From contig CAYWGS010000041.1 in the NCBI GenBank assembly GCA_964457525.1, positions 1-12,182 of the forward strand: DNA of 12,182 bases. Direction: 5' to 3'. The notes beneath the pieces are model-generated. The model was not told the DNA's origin. It saw only the letters and a program-made list of their open reading frames with translations, and searched no databases. Origin of the DNA: an uncultured Erysipelotrichaceae bacterium (lineage in GTDB: Bacteria; Bacillota_I; Bacilli_A; Erysipelotrichales; Erysipelotrichaceae). The translations under genes were made by a program, and so were the position numbers. This document shows positions 5,160-12,182 of the stretch, one piece after another (position 1 is the first letter of the stretch; each line of letters begins with the position of its first letter).

Positions 5160-6629
5160 ATGGGACTATTTGATCATGAAGCTAGGCAGTTTAAATTTGA
5201 TGTATTAAGAGAAGTATCTATCCATGCATACGATGGGACATTAACAGAAAAATTTGATGATGAATTAGCTTACAAACTAATACCAAACAATCATGCAGAT
5301 TTCAGATGTTGCGTATATAAAGAAAGAGAGATCATTCGTCAAAGAGTACGTGTCGCAATGGGAAAAGCCCCTACTCTAAGTGCTAAGACGAGTTCAAAAC
5401 CAAAACAAATTGTTAAGGTACTTGAAGCGGCATGTGACGGTTGTACGATCCAAAGAATTCAAATTACAGATAACTGCCGTAAGTGTATGGCGAAGAGTTG
5501 TAAGAGCGCATGCAAATTCGATGCAATATCAATGGGATCAAATCGTGCTGTAATAGACCATGATAAATGTGTTGAATGTGGTCAATGTGTAAAAGCATGT
5601 CCATTTAATGCGATCATCGATACACCTAGACCATGTAAAGCATCTTGTGCTGTTGATGCAATCTCACTTGATGAATTCAATATTGCTCAAATTAACGAAG
5701 AAAAATGTATTAACTGTGCAGCATGCCAATCCGCATGTCCATTTGGTGCAATCGAAGATACTTCATGGGTTGTCAATGTTATTAATGATATCAAAGTAGG
5801 TAAACCGACTGTCGCAATGATTGCCCCTTCTATTCAAGGCCAGTTCGATAGTGCTAACTTAGATCAAATTAAATTAGGAATCAAGAAATTAGGTTTTGCG
5901 GAAGTTGTGGAAGTGGCGGTTGGAGCAGATATTGTTGCTTGGTATGAAAAAGATGAACTCAAAGAAAAAATGGCTCAAAATATTACCATGACAACATCTT
6001 GTTGTCCTGCATTTGTAAACTTAGCTCGACAACATTTCCCTCAAGTTTATGAAAAAAATATGTCTACTATGGTTTCTCCAATGGTAGCGATGGCACGATA
6101 CATTAAGAAACGTTATCCTGATTATTCCGTTGTATTTATTGGGCCATGTGTAGCGAAGAAACAAGAAGGTATGGATGGTCAAGAAGTTGATTATGTTCTA
6201 ACCTATGAAGAAATCGCTGCGATGCTCGTATCACAACATATCTACTTAACTGAACTAAAAGTTGAGAAGAATGTTGAAGCAAGTATATTCGCAAGAAACT
6301 TTGCATTTGGTGGTGGAGTTTCTAAAGCACTAGTACAAGCCTTTAAAGAAGATGATAATATGCCATTTACTGCACAATATGCAGATGGCATTCATGAATG
6401 TAAGAAAGCGATGATGATTATCAAAGCAGGTAAATACCCAGCTAACATTTGTGAAGGCATGTCATGTAAAGGTGGATGTGCAAATGGACCTGCAGTAATT
6501 GATAACTCCATTAAAGTTAAAGCAAAAGTCGATCGTGAAAACGCACCTGAATTACATCGTACAATCAAACAAACTCTAGAGATATATGACTTCAGTGATA
6601 TAAACGTTCACCGACATCACGAACATTAA
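5160..6629 (+). CDS. [FeFe]-hydrogenase catalytic subunit, short ferredoxin-domain (monomeric-type) form
   Basis: 489 aa. H-cluster motifs are L1 TTSCCPAF (5994-6008), L2 IGPCVAKKQE (from 6141) and L3 EGMSCKGGCANGP (from 6453). There are two CxxCxxCxxxCP ferredoxin motifs (C137-C147, C183-C193) and extra Cys groups (C50/C51, C92-C118, C159/C163). The N-terminus FRCCVYKEREIIRQRV is typical of this hydrogenase subfamily as I recall it. Confidence 0.85.
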   Translation: MGLFDHEARQFKFDVLREVSIHAYDGTLTEKFDDELAYKLIPNNHADFRCCVYKEREIIRQRVRVAMGKAPTLSAKTSSKPKQIVKVLEAACDGCTIQRIQITDNCRKCMAKSCKSACKFDAISMGSNRAVIDHDKCVECGQCVKACPFNAIIDTPRPCKASCAVDAISLDEFNIAQINEEKCINCAACQSACPFGAIEDTSWVVNVINDIKVGKPTVAMIAPSIQGQFDSANLDQIKLGIKKLGFAEVVEVAVGADIVAWYEKDELKEKMAQNITMTTSCCPAFVNLARQHFPQVYEKNMSTMVSPMVAMARYIKKRYPDYSVVFIGPCVAKKQEGMDGQEVDYVLTYEEIAAMLVSQHIYLTELKVEKNVEASIFARNFAFGGGVSKALVQAFKEDDNMPFTAQYADGIHECKKAMMIIKAGKYPANICEGMSCKGGCANGPAVIDNSIKVKAKVDRENAPELHRTIKQTLEIYDFSDINVHRHHEH

Positions 6630-6653
6630 AAAAAGCCGAGCAATCGGCTTTTA
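6628..6653. terminator. Bidirectional rho-independent terminator between the convergent hydrogenase and AKR genes
   Basis: AAAAGCCGA (6631-6639) / TCGGCTTTT (6644-6652) with loop GCAA. An A-tract on one side and a T-tract on the other allow function on both strands. It overlaps both stop codons (TAA at 6627-6629 on plus, TAA at 6651-6653 on minus). Confidence 0.6.
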
Positions 6654-7460
6654 AAAATCAAAATTATCCGGATCAGATCCTGTTCTGAAATTATCATTTA
6701 GTGAATTTATCTTGAGTAAATCTTCCTCTTCAATTTCAAAATCAAATATTTCAAAGTTTTCTTTCATTCTTGATGGTGTTACTGACTTAGGAATAACCAC
6801 GACACCATTTTGAATATTCCATCTCAATACAATCTGAGAAATTGATCTATTGTATTTCTTAGCTAATTCTTGTAATAATGGAATCTCCATCACTCCACCA
6901 CGCATAAGTGGACTATAAGACTGCATTTGAATATTCTCATCCTTCAAGTATTTCATTAAAGGTTCTTGAGTTAATCTTGGATGATACTCAACTTGATCAA
7001 CCATAGGTTTTATCTTTGCTGTTGTATATAAATCTTCTAAATGATGTTTATGATAATTACTTACCCCAATTGCACGAATTTTTCCTGCTAGATACAACTC
7101 TTCAATCGCTTTCCAACTTTCTTTATCTAAAGGTTTAGGCCAATGTAAGAGATAAAGATCTAAATAATCCGTTTGTAAGTTTTCACAGGATTCATTAAAT
7201 GCTCTTAATGTATTTTCATATCCACGATGATCATTCCAACATTTTGTTGTTATGAATAAATCTTTACGATCAATACCACTATCTTTTATCGCACGACCTA
7301 CTTCCTTTTCATTACGATAAATCCAAGCAGTATCAATATGACGATACCCAACATTCAACGCTTCACGTACCGCATGATAACAGGTATCCCCTTTTACTTG
7401 CCAAGTACCAAACCCTAAAGCAGGAATCTCAACTCCATTTGATAATTTAAAGTACTCCAT
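6651..7460 (-). CDS. Aldo/keto reductase (2,5-diketo-D-gluconate reductase-like, AKR superfamily)
   Basis: 269 aa. N-terminus LSNGVEIPALGFGTWQ. Catalytic tetrad context HIDTAWIYRNE (Asp, Tyr), ITTKCW (Lys), LLHWP (His). AAGGAGA SD upstream. Confidence 0.9.
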   Translation of the reverse strand: MEYFKLSNGVEIPALGFGTWQVKGDTCYHAVREALNVGYRHIDTAWIYRNEKEVGRAIKDSGIDRKDLFITTKCWNDHRGYENTLRAFNESCENLQTDYLDLYLLHWPKPLDKESWKAIEELYLAGKIRAIGVSNYHKHHLEDLYTTAKIKPMVDQVEYHPRLTQEPLMKYLKDENIQMQSYSPLMRGGVMEIPLLQELAKKYNRSISQIVLRWNIQNGVVVIPKSVTPSRMKENFEIFDFEIEEEDLLKINSLNDNFRTGSDPDNFDF

Positions 7461-7469
7461 ATTTTCTCC

Positions 7470-8285
7470 TTAACATAGTTCAAGATGATAAAATGCTTTT
7501 GCAAGTCCATCTTTATTAACGTCATCAGAAACATAATCCGCAATTGCTTTTAGTTTATCCGTTGCATTTCCCATCGCAACGCCAAACTTCACAAAATTTA
7601 ACATCGAAATATCATTATTTCCATCTCCAACCGCAATTGTATGGTCATAATCGCAATCATAATAATCCATAACTAACTTTATACCTGTTACTTTATCTGT
7701 TCCTTTAATGGATATCTCACCACTGTTTTTACCAAACATAGGAACAACCAAATCAAATAATTCAAATTTTGACTCAAATAAATTATGAATTTGACTAAAC
7801 GGTGTATCAGAACCTAAAAATGATATTTTGTTAATATCTTTACGATATAAATCTGCTCCATTTATGAGATGCGATTTAAAATGATTCATCGATTGTCTAA
7901 ATGATTCATTATTCAAAGAATCTGCAATGCGATCTAGTTGTTCAATACATCCAGAACTCGTATACAAGCCTGAATTTGATTCTGCATAGAATTCAATTTG
8001 ATGATCATCAAAGAAATCATATAACTCTTTTAATTCATCATGCGTAAAGGAACGATCATATAAGACCTCTCCATTACATTCAACATAATTACCACCACAA
8101 GCCACAATACCATCAAAGCCAATATCAAGTATTGGTTGATAGATTTCAGGCATTGCTCGTCCCGTACATAATACAATCTTATGATTATTCTTCTGTGCCT
8201 GCTTAATCGCTTGAACTGCTGACTCAGGAACCGTGCCTTTATCCGCAACAAGCGTTCCATCAATATCTAAAAATATTGTTGTCAT
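7470..8285 (-). CDS. Cof-type HAD-IIB phosphatase
   Basis: Motif I FLDIDGTLV, motif II LCTGR, C-terminal VGDGNNDISM. Its length and cap region are typical of the Cof subfamily. AAGAGGA SD upstream. It ends 9 nt before the AKR start. Confidence 0.85.
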   Translation of the reverse strand: MTTIFLDIDGTLVADKGTVPESAVQAIKQAQKNNHKIVLCTGRAMPEIYQPILDIGFDGIVACGGNYVECNGEVLYDRSFTHDELKELYDFFDDHQIEFYAESNSGLYTSSGCIEQLDRIADSLNNESFRQSMNHFKSHLINGADLYRKDINKISFLGSDTPFSQIHNLFESKFELFDLVVPMFGKNSGEISIKGTDKVTGIKLVMDYYDCDYDHTIAVGDGNNDISMLNFVKFGVAMGNATDKLKAIADYVSDDVNKDGLAKAFYHLELC

Positions 8286-8334
8286 AATCCTCTTTCTATT
8301 CTCATGAGTTATTGGAAAGACTACGGATGAATAA

Positions 8335-9216
8335 TTAACCTTCTCTTACCCCATAAGACGATAACATGTAATTCTCTGCAGATACAAGCTTCATGATTTC
8401 ATCAATAATTATTGCGCCAGGAATTACAGTAGATAAACGATCAGGAATCGCTTTAAGAATTAATAATGTTTCTTGATCCTTTTGGTTTGCGATAAAATTA
8501 GAATAATCATTGATTAACTTACGGCTCAACTGCATATCAAAGATTGATGTATTAATATCATATTTGGCTTGATGTAATCGCATGATTGCACGTGCAGAAC
8601 CGCCAATACCAATAATTGTACTAACTTTCAATGATTTCAACCAAACAAGTGAATCTAAATGATTGCGAACATCCAATCGAATTAAGAATTGTTCAGATTC
8701 TGTAGGTAATACATTATGTACATGTTGGATAAACAAATTTAAACTGCCTAAAGGTAATGAACCCATAAAAACGGCTTTGTTATTTTTAAAATAAGTAATT
8801 TCTGTAGATGCCCCTCCAATATCAACACTTATCCCTTCAAGTGGTAAATTAATGGTTCGTCGCATACCATCAAAGCCTAAAAGACTTTCTTCGTCGCCAT
8901 CTAATAAATCAATTGGATAATCAATCTCATTTTGAATATAGGAAACCGCATCACTTGAATTCTTAATGTTTCGCAAAGAAGCGGTCGCAAATATATTTAG
9001 CTTTTCAACATCATATGCACGAGCAATAACCATTAATTCTTTGACACTCAAAACGATTGCATCTAAACCATCTTTGCTCATCAAAGCATTTTTTACAAAC
9101 TTAATGTTTTGAGTATGATGTTTCACATTATACAGTCTTTCTAAATGTGCACCATCCCATTTGTATACAACTAATCGAATTGTATTGGAACCTAAGTCTA
9201 TTACACCTAATCGCAT
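8335..9216 (-). CDS. Ppx/GppA-family phosphatase, short two-domain form
   Basis: N-terminus MRLGVIDLGSNTIRLVVY and the later DIGGASTE / GIGGSARA phosphate-binding loops are typical of the Ppx/GppA ASKHA fold. AAGGAG SD upstream. No terminator is visible before the downstream Cof gene. Confidence 0.8.
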   Translation of the reverse strand: MRLGVIDLGSNTIRLVVYKWDGAHLERLYNVKHHTQNIKFVKNALMSKDGLDAIVLSVKELMVIARAYDVEKLNIFATASLRNIKNSSDAVSYIQNEIDYPIDLLDGDEESLLGFDGMRRTINLPLEGISVDIGGASTEITYFKNNKAVFMGSLPLGSLNLFIQHVHNVLPTESEQFLIRLDVRNHLDSLVWLKSLKVSTIIGIGGSARAIMRLHQAKYDINTSIFDMQLSRKLINDYSNFIANQKDQETLLILKAIPDRLSTVIPGAIIIDEIMKLVSAENYMLSSYGVREG

Positions 9217-9327
9217 AATTACTCCTTTTTTATTATCTTATCATGTACGAACAATGCATTCGGTAAAGTTATTTTAACATTAAATTATAAAATTAATGTA
9301 ATAATATGCAGTAATCCAAATTATCAG

Positions 9328-9333
9328 TATAAT
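9328..9333 (+). promoter_or_regulatory. Candidate -10 box (TATAAT) placed for a leaderless transcript of the amidotransferase gene
   Basis: A perfect TATAAT ends 6 nt before the A of the ATG at 9340. No SD-like purine run lies between them. The -35 is poor (TATGCA at 17 nt). Confidence 0.3.
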
Positions 9334-9339
9334 TAAACT

Positions 9340-10032
9340 ATGAAACCAAAAATCGCATTATTAACTCGAATCAATGATCAACGCTATACCGTCAATTTAG
9401 ATTATGTCAATGCACTTCAAAAAGCGGGCGCTGATGTCGTACTTATTCATCCTCAATCGATTGATAGTTTAACCGATGAACTCTCACGCTGTGATGGTTT
9501 ATGCATACCAGGTGGAGATGATGTAAATCCTAATCTCTATCATGAAGAGAACCTTCATTCTTATCCAATTGATTCAAGTATTGAGCAACTAGATTTAGAC
9601 TCTATCAATATCATGGTGCAACAAAATAAGCCGATTTTAGGTATTTGTCGTGGCTTACAAATATTAAATGTCGCATTTGGTGGTACACTCTATCAAGATA
9701 TTCCAACCCAATTCAATCAAACAATCAATCATAGTTACAGTCCAATACACCAACAACCGCTTAAAGGTCATCGTGTTAATATAATTAATCATACACAGTT
9801 ATCCAAGATATTACCTAATCAAATTGAGGTTAATACCTATCATCACCAAGGTATCAAGGAATTATCAAAATACTTTACCATCTCTGCTAAATCTGAAGAT
9901 GGTTTAATTGAAGCAATTGAATCAAAGAATATTATTGCTGTGCAATGGCATCCAGAAAGAATGACATCTATTCCAGTATTTCAATCCCTCTTCAATTACT
10001 TCGTTAATCAAACCCAACACTCACAAGATTGA
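9340..10032 (+). CDS. Gamma-glutamyl-gamma-aminobutyrate hydrolase family protein (peptidase C26, class I glutamine amidotransferase-like)
   Basis: Nucleophile elbow LGICRGLQILNVAFGGTLYQDI and the His/Glu motif VQWHPE. The 230-aa size and the N-terminus MKPKIALLT are typical of the PuuD-like family. Confidence 0.8.
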   Translation: MKPKIALLTRINDQRYTVNLDYVNALQKAGADVVLIHPQSIDSLTDELSRCDGLCIPGGDDVNPNLYHEENLHSYPIDSSIEQLDLDSINIMVQQNKPILGICRGLQILNVAFGGTLYQDIPTQFNQTINHSYSPIHQQPLKGHRVNIINHTQLSKILPNQIEVNTYHHQGIKELSKYFTISAKSEDGLIEAIESKNIIAVQWHPERMTSIPVFQSLFNYFVNQTQHSQD

Positions 10033-10044
10033 GTGTTTTTATTT
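10016..10044 (+). terminator. Rho-independent terminator after the amidotransferase gene
   Basis: Stem AACACTCA (10016-10023) / TGAGTGTT (10030-10037), loop CAAGAT, then TTTATTT. It includes the TGA stop at 10030-10032. Confidence 0.75.
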
Positions 10045-10055
10045 AATGTTTCGTG

Positions 10056-10061
10056 TATAAT
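10056..10061 (+). promoter_or_regulatory. Candidate -10 box (TATAAT) for proBA
   Basis: A perfect TATAAT lies between the upstream terminator and the proB ATG at 10080. No good -35 is present. The predicted transcription start would fall at or inside the SD, which weakens the call. Confidence 0.3.
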
Positions 10062-10079
10062 TTGAAAAAGGTTAAATAT

Positions 10080-10886
10080 ATGAGAGAAAATATTGTACAG
10101 GCTAAAAGAATCGTTATAAAGGTAGGCACAAGCACATTAACACATGAAAATGGAAAGATCCATCTAGCACGAGTTGATAAATTATCTGAGGTATTATCTG
10201 ATTTAATGAATCAAGGTTTAGAAGTCATATTAGTAACGTCAGGCGCTGTTGGAGTTGGGATGAACAAACTCAAACTCAGTTCTAGACCTAAAACAATTCG
10301 AGAAAGACAAGCCGCTGCAGCAGTTGGTCAGTCTGAACTAATGCACCTATATAGTAAGTTTTTCTCAGAATATGGACATATTGTTGGCCAAATACTTTTA
10401 ACTAAAGATGTAGTGGAACATAACTATTCAAGACAAAACGTTATAAATACAATCGAAACACTTCTTGAAAAAGGAATTATTCCGATTGTAAATGAAAATG
10501 ACTCTGTATCAACAGAAGAACTTGAACTTAGTGATAATCATTCATTTGGTGATAATGATACCTTGTCCGCCATTGTTTCTACACTTATAAAAGCTGATTT
10601 ACTCATTCTATTATCAGATATCGATGGATTTTATAATGATGATCCTAACTTAAATAAAGATGCTTATATCATTCATGAAGTTCATGAAATTACATCTGAT
10701 GTCCAATCCTCTGCAAAGGGAGTTATTAGTAATAAAGGAACAGGTGGTATGTCAACTAAAATTAATGCGGCTAAGATATGTATGGAAAAGAATATTCCGA
10801 TGATTATTGCGCATGGCAAGAATCCTCAAATACTTTATCCAATACTGAAAGGAGAACACATTGGAACACTCTTTGAACGTAAATGA
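10080..10886 (+). CDS. proB: Glutamate 5-kinase, short form without a PUA domain
   Basis: RIVIKVGTSTLT, LVTSGAVGVG, IVNENDSV, GTGGMSTKI are canonical ProB motifs. I prefer the ATG at 10080 (AAAAAGG SD 8 nt upstream). The track start at 10053 is a GTG lying inside the putative -10 box. Confidence 0.93.
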   Translation: MRENIVQAKRIVIKVGTSTLTHENGKIHLARVDKLSEVLSDLMNQGLEVILVTSGAVGVGMNKLKLSSRPKTIRERQAAAAVGQSELMHLYSKFFSEYGHIVGQILLTKDVVEHNYSRQNVINTIETLLEKGIIPIVNENDSVSTEELELSDNHSFGDNDTLSAIVSTLIKADLLILLSDIDGFYNDDPNLNKDAYIIHEVHEITSDVQSSAKGVISNKGTGGMSTKINAAKICMEKNIPMIIAHGKNPQILYPILKGEHIGTLFERK

Positions 10887-12132
10887 ATTATCTGAGGTTT
10901 ATATTAAATCAAAAGCTTGTAAAGAAGCATCTACCTCTTATCAATTATGCCCTACTCAAGATAAGAACAAAGTCTTACAAACACTAGCGAATTTAATTCT
11001 CGAGTATCAAGAAGAAATACTTGAACAAAACTTAATTGATGTTAAACAAGCAAAAGAAAATGGTTATACCAATGCTCAACTTGACCGTTTAAGTTTAGAT
11101 GAGAGAAGAATCGATCAACTTTCAAAATCCGTGTTAGAAGTCATAAGACTGAATGATCCAATAGGTGAAATCATCGAAACATTTATACGCCCAAATGGAC
11201 TTGAAATTGATAAGAAAAGAGTTCCTCTTGGTGTAATTGCGATGATTTATGAATCACGACCAAATGTTACAATCGACGCTAGTATTCTTGCCTTAAAAAC
11301 GGGTAACTGTATCGTATTACGTGGTGGCAAAGAAGCCCTTCATACAAATATCTATCTGACTTCTTTAATCAAAAATGCATTAGTTTTAAATAATCTCAAT
11401 CCAGATATCGTTCAAATCATAGAAAACCCCGATCGTAAATTAGCGATTGAATTAATGCATATAAATCAATTTATTGATGTTCTTATTCCAAGAGGATCTG
11501 CATCACTGATTAAGACTGTTTTAGAAAATTCAACCATCCCAGTAATCGAAACTGGTGTTGGTAATTGTCATATTTACGTGGATGAATCAGCTGATTTAAA
11601 TATGGCTAAATCGATTATATTGAACGCTAAAGTACAACGACCTTCTGTTTGTAACGCTGTAGAAAACGTATTGATTCATAAGAGTATCTATAAAGAAATC
11701 AGTTCCATCTTAATCCCTGCTCTTCTTGAGAACAATGTAGAACTTCATGTATCTAAAGATATACTCGTAGACTATCCTAATTGTACTCTCGCAACAGATG
11801 ATGATTGGTCTACTGAATATCTTGATTTAAAACTAGCCATTAAAACAGTTGATAGTATTGATGAAGCAATTAAGCATATACAAACCTATTCAACTAAACA
11901 TTCGGAGTCCATTATCACACAAAATCAAAATAACGCAGAAAGATTTATGAATGAAATCGATTCTGCAGCGATTTATCATAATGCTTCTACTCGGTTTACC
12001 GATGGATATGAATTTGGATTTGAAGCTGAAATCGGTATTAGCACACAAAAACTTCATGCTCGTGGTCCAATGGGATTAAAAGAACTTACCAGTTATAAGT
12101 ACTTAATCTATGGAGATGGTCAAATACGATAA
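10861..12132 (+). CDS. proA: Gamma-glutamyl phosphate reductase
   Basis: 423 aa with ProA/ALDH segments: PLGVIAMIYESRPNVT, ILRGGKEA, IPRGSASLI, VCNAVENVLIH (catalytic Cys), STKHSESI, NASTRFTDG. The start is a TTG at 10861, preceded by a strong SD (AAAGGAG, 6-nt spacing). It overlaps the proB 3' end by 26 nt. The nearby ATG at 10883 is out of frame. Confidence 0.93.
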   Translation: MEHSLNVNELSEVYIKSKACKEASTSYQLCPTQDKNKVLQTLANLILEYQEEILEQNLIDVKQAKENGYTNAQLDRLSLDERRIDQLSKSVLEVIRLNDPIGEIIETFIRPNGLEIDKKRVPLGVIAMIYESRPNVTIDASILALKTGNCIVLRGGKEALHTNIYLTSLIKNALVLNNLNPDIVQIIENPDRKLAIELMHINQFIDVLIPRGSASLIKTVLENSTIPVIETGVGNCHIYVDESADLNMAKSIILNAKVQRPSVCNAVENVLIHKSIYKEISSILIPALLENNVELHVSKDILVDYPNCTLATDDDWSTEYLDLKLAIKTVDSIDEAIKHIQTYSTKHSESIITQNQNNAERFMNEIDSAAIYHNASTRFTDGYEFGFEAEIGISTQKLHARGPMGLKELTSYKYLIYGDGQIR

Positions 12133-12182
12133 AAGAGGCTGTAACGAAATAGAATAATTAGTTTAGTCGAAAAGACAATTAA

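Noticed and set aside
5608-5799. 63-aa plus-strand ORF in an alternative frame inside the hydrogenase gene
   Set aside because: It is out of frame within the Cys-rich ferredoxin-domain coding region, with no independent translation signals.
8030-8263. 77-aa minus-strand ORF in an alternative frame inside the Cof-type HAD gene
   Set aside because: It is an out-of-frame overlap with a well-supported CDS and is Arg/Leu-rich like a typical shadow ORF.
9340-12132. A functional gamma-glutamyl operon linking the PuuD-like hydrolase with proB/proA
   Set aside because: A strong terminator (10016-10044) separates the amidotransferase gene from proBA. C26 amidotransferase-like proteins are functionally diverse, and adjacency alone does not support a shared pathway.
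1-12182. Search for CRISPR repeats, IS or transposon ends, integrase or phage genes, toxin-antitoxin pairs or defence-island architecture
   Set aside because: I found no regularly spaced repeats, no long terminal inverted repeats, no recombinase-like ORF and no unexplained multi-gene block. Every ORF above about 130 aa has a plausible housekeeping or metabolic assignment.

Overview
AT-rich window from what looks like a strictly anaerobic low-GC Firmicute (Erysipelotrichia/Clostridia-like). It is densely packed with core-metabolism genes. Left to right: a small DUF4870-like membrane protein; a translationally coupled polyamine operon (E. coli-type speD, speE, a HAD hydrolase); a minimal Sfp-like phosphopantetheinyl transferase; a lipid block (PlsC-like acyltransferase, fabZ, and only the 3' third of fabF); a ferredoxin-domain [FeFe]-hydrogenase; an operon of Ppx/GppA phosphatase, Cof-type HAD phosphatase and aldo/keto reductase; a PuuD-like C26 amidotransferase; and proB-proA. 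I see no CRISPR array, tRNA/rRNA, transposase, integrase, phage gene or recognisable defence system, and I cannot support a claim of a new multi-gene system here. The most notable signals are local. (1) At about 4886-4888 a fabF 3' remnant (minus strand) is fused directly to an unannotated 3' remnant of a biotin-ligase-like gene (plus strand). This suggests a deletion that removed most of a FASII locus, or else an assembly chimera. (2) A near-perfect Rex operator (TTGTGAA-ACAG-TTAACAA) lies between an extended -10 element and the ribosome-binding site of the hydrogenase gene. (3) The hydrogenase has GPC instead of MPC in H-cluster motif L2. (4) A very short Sfp-type PPTase converges on plsC, and both stop codons sit inside one inverted repeat. 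All product calls rest on motifs I recognise by eye in the supplied translations. No database search was possible.
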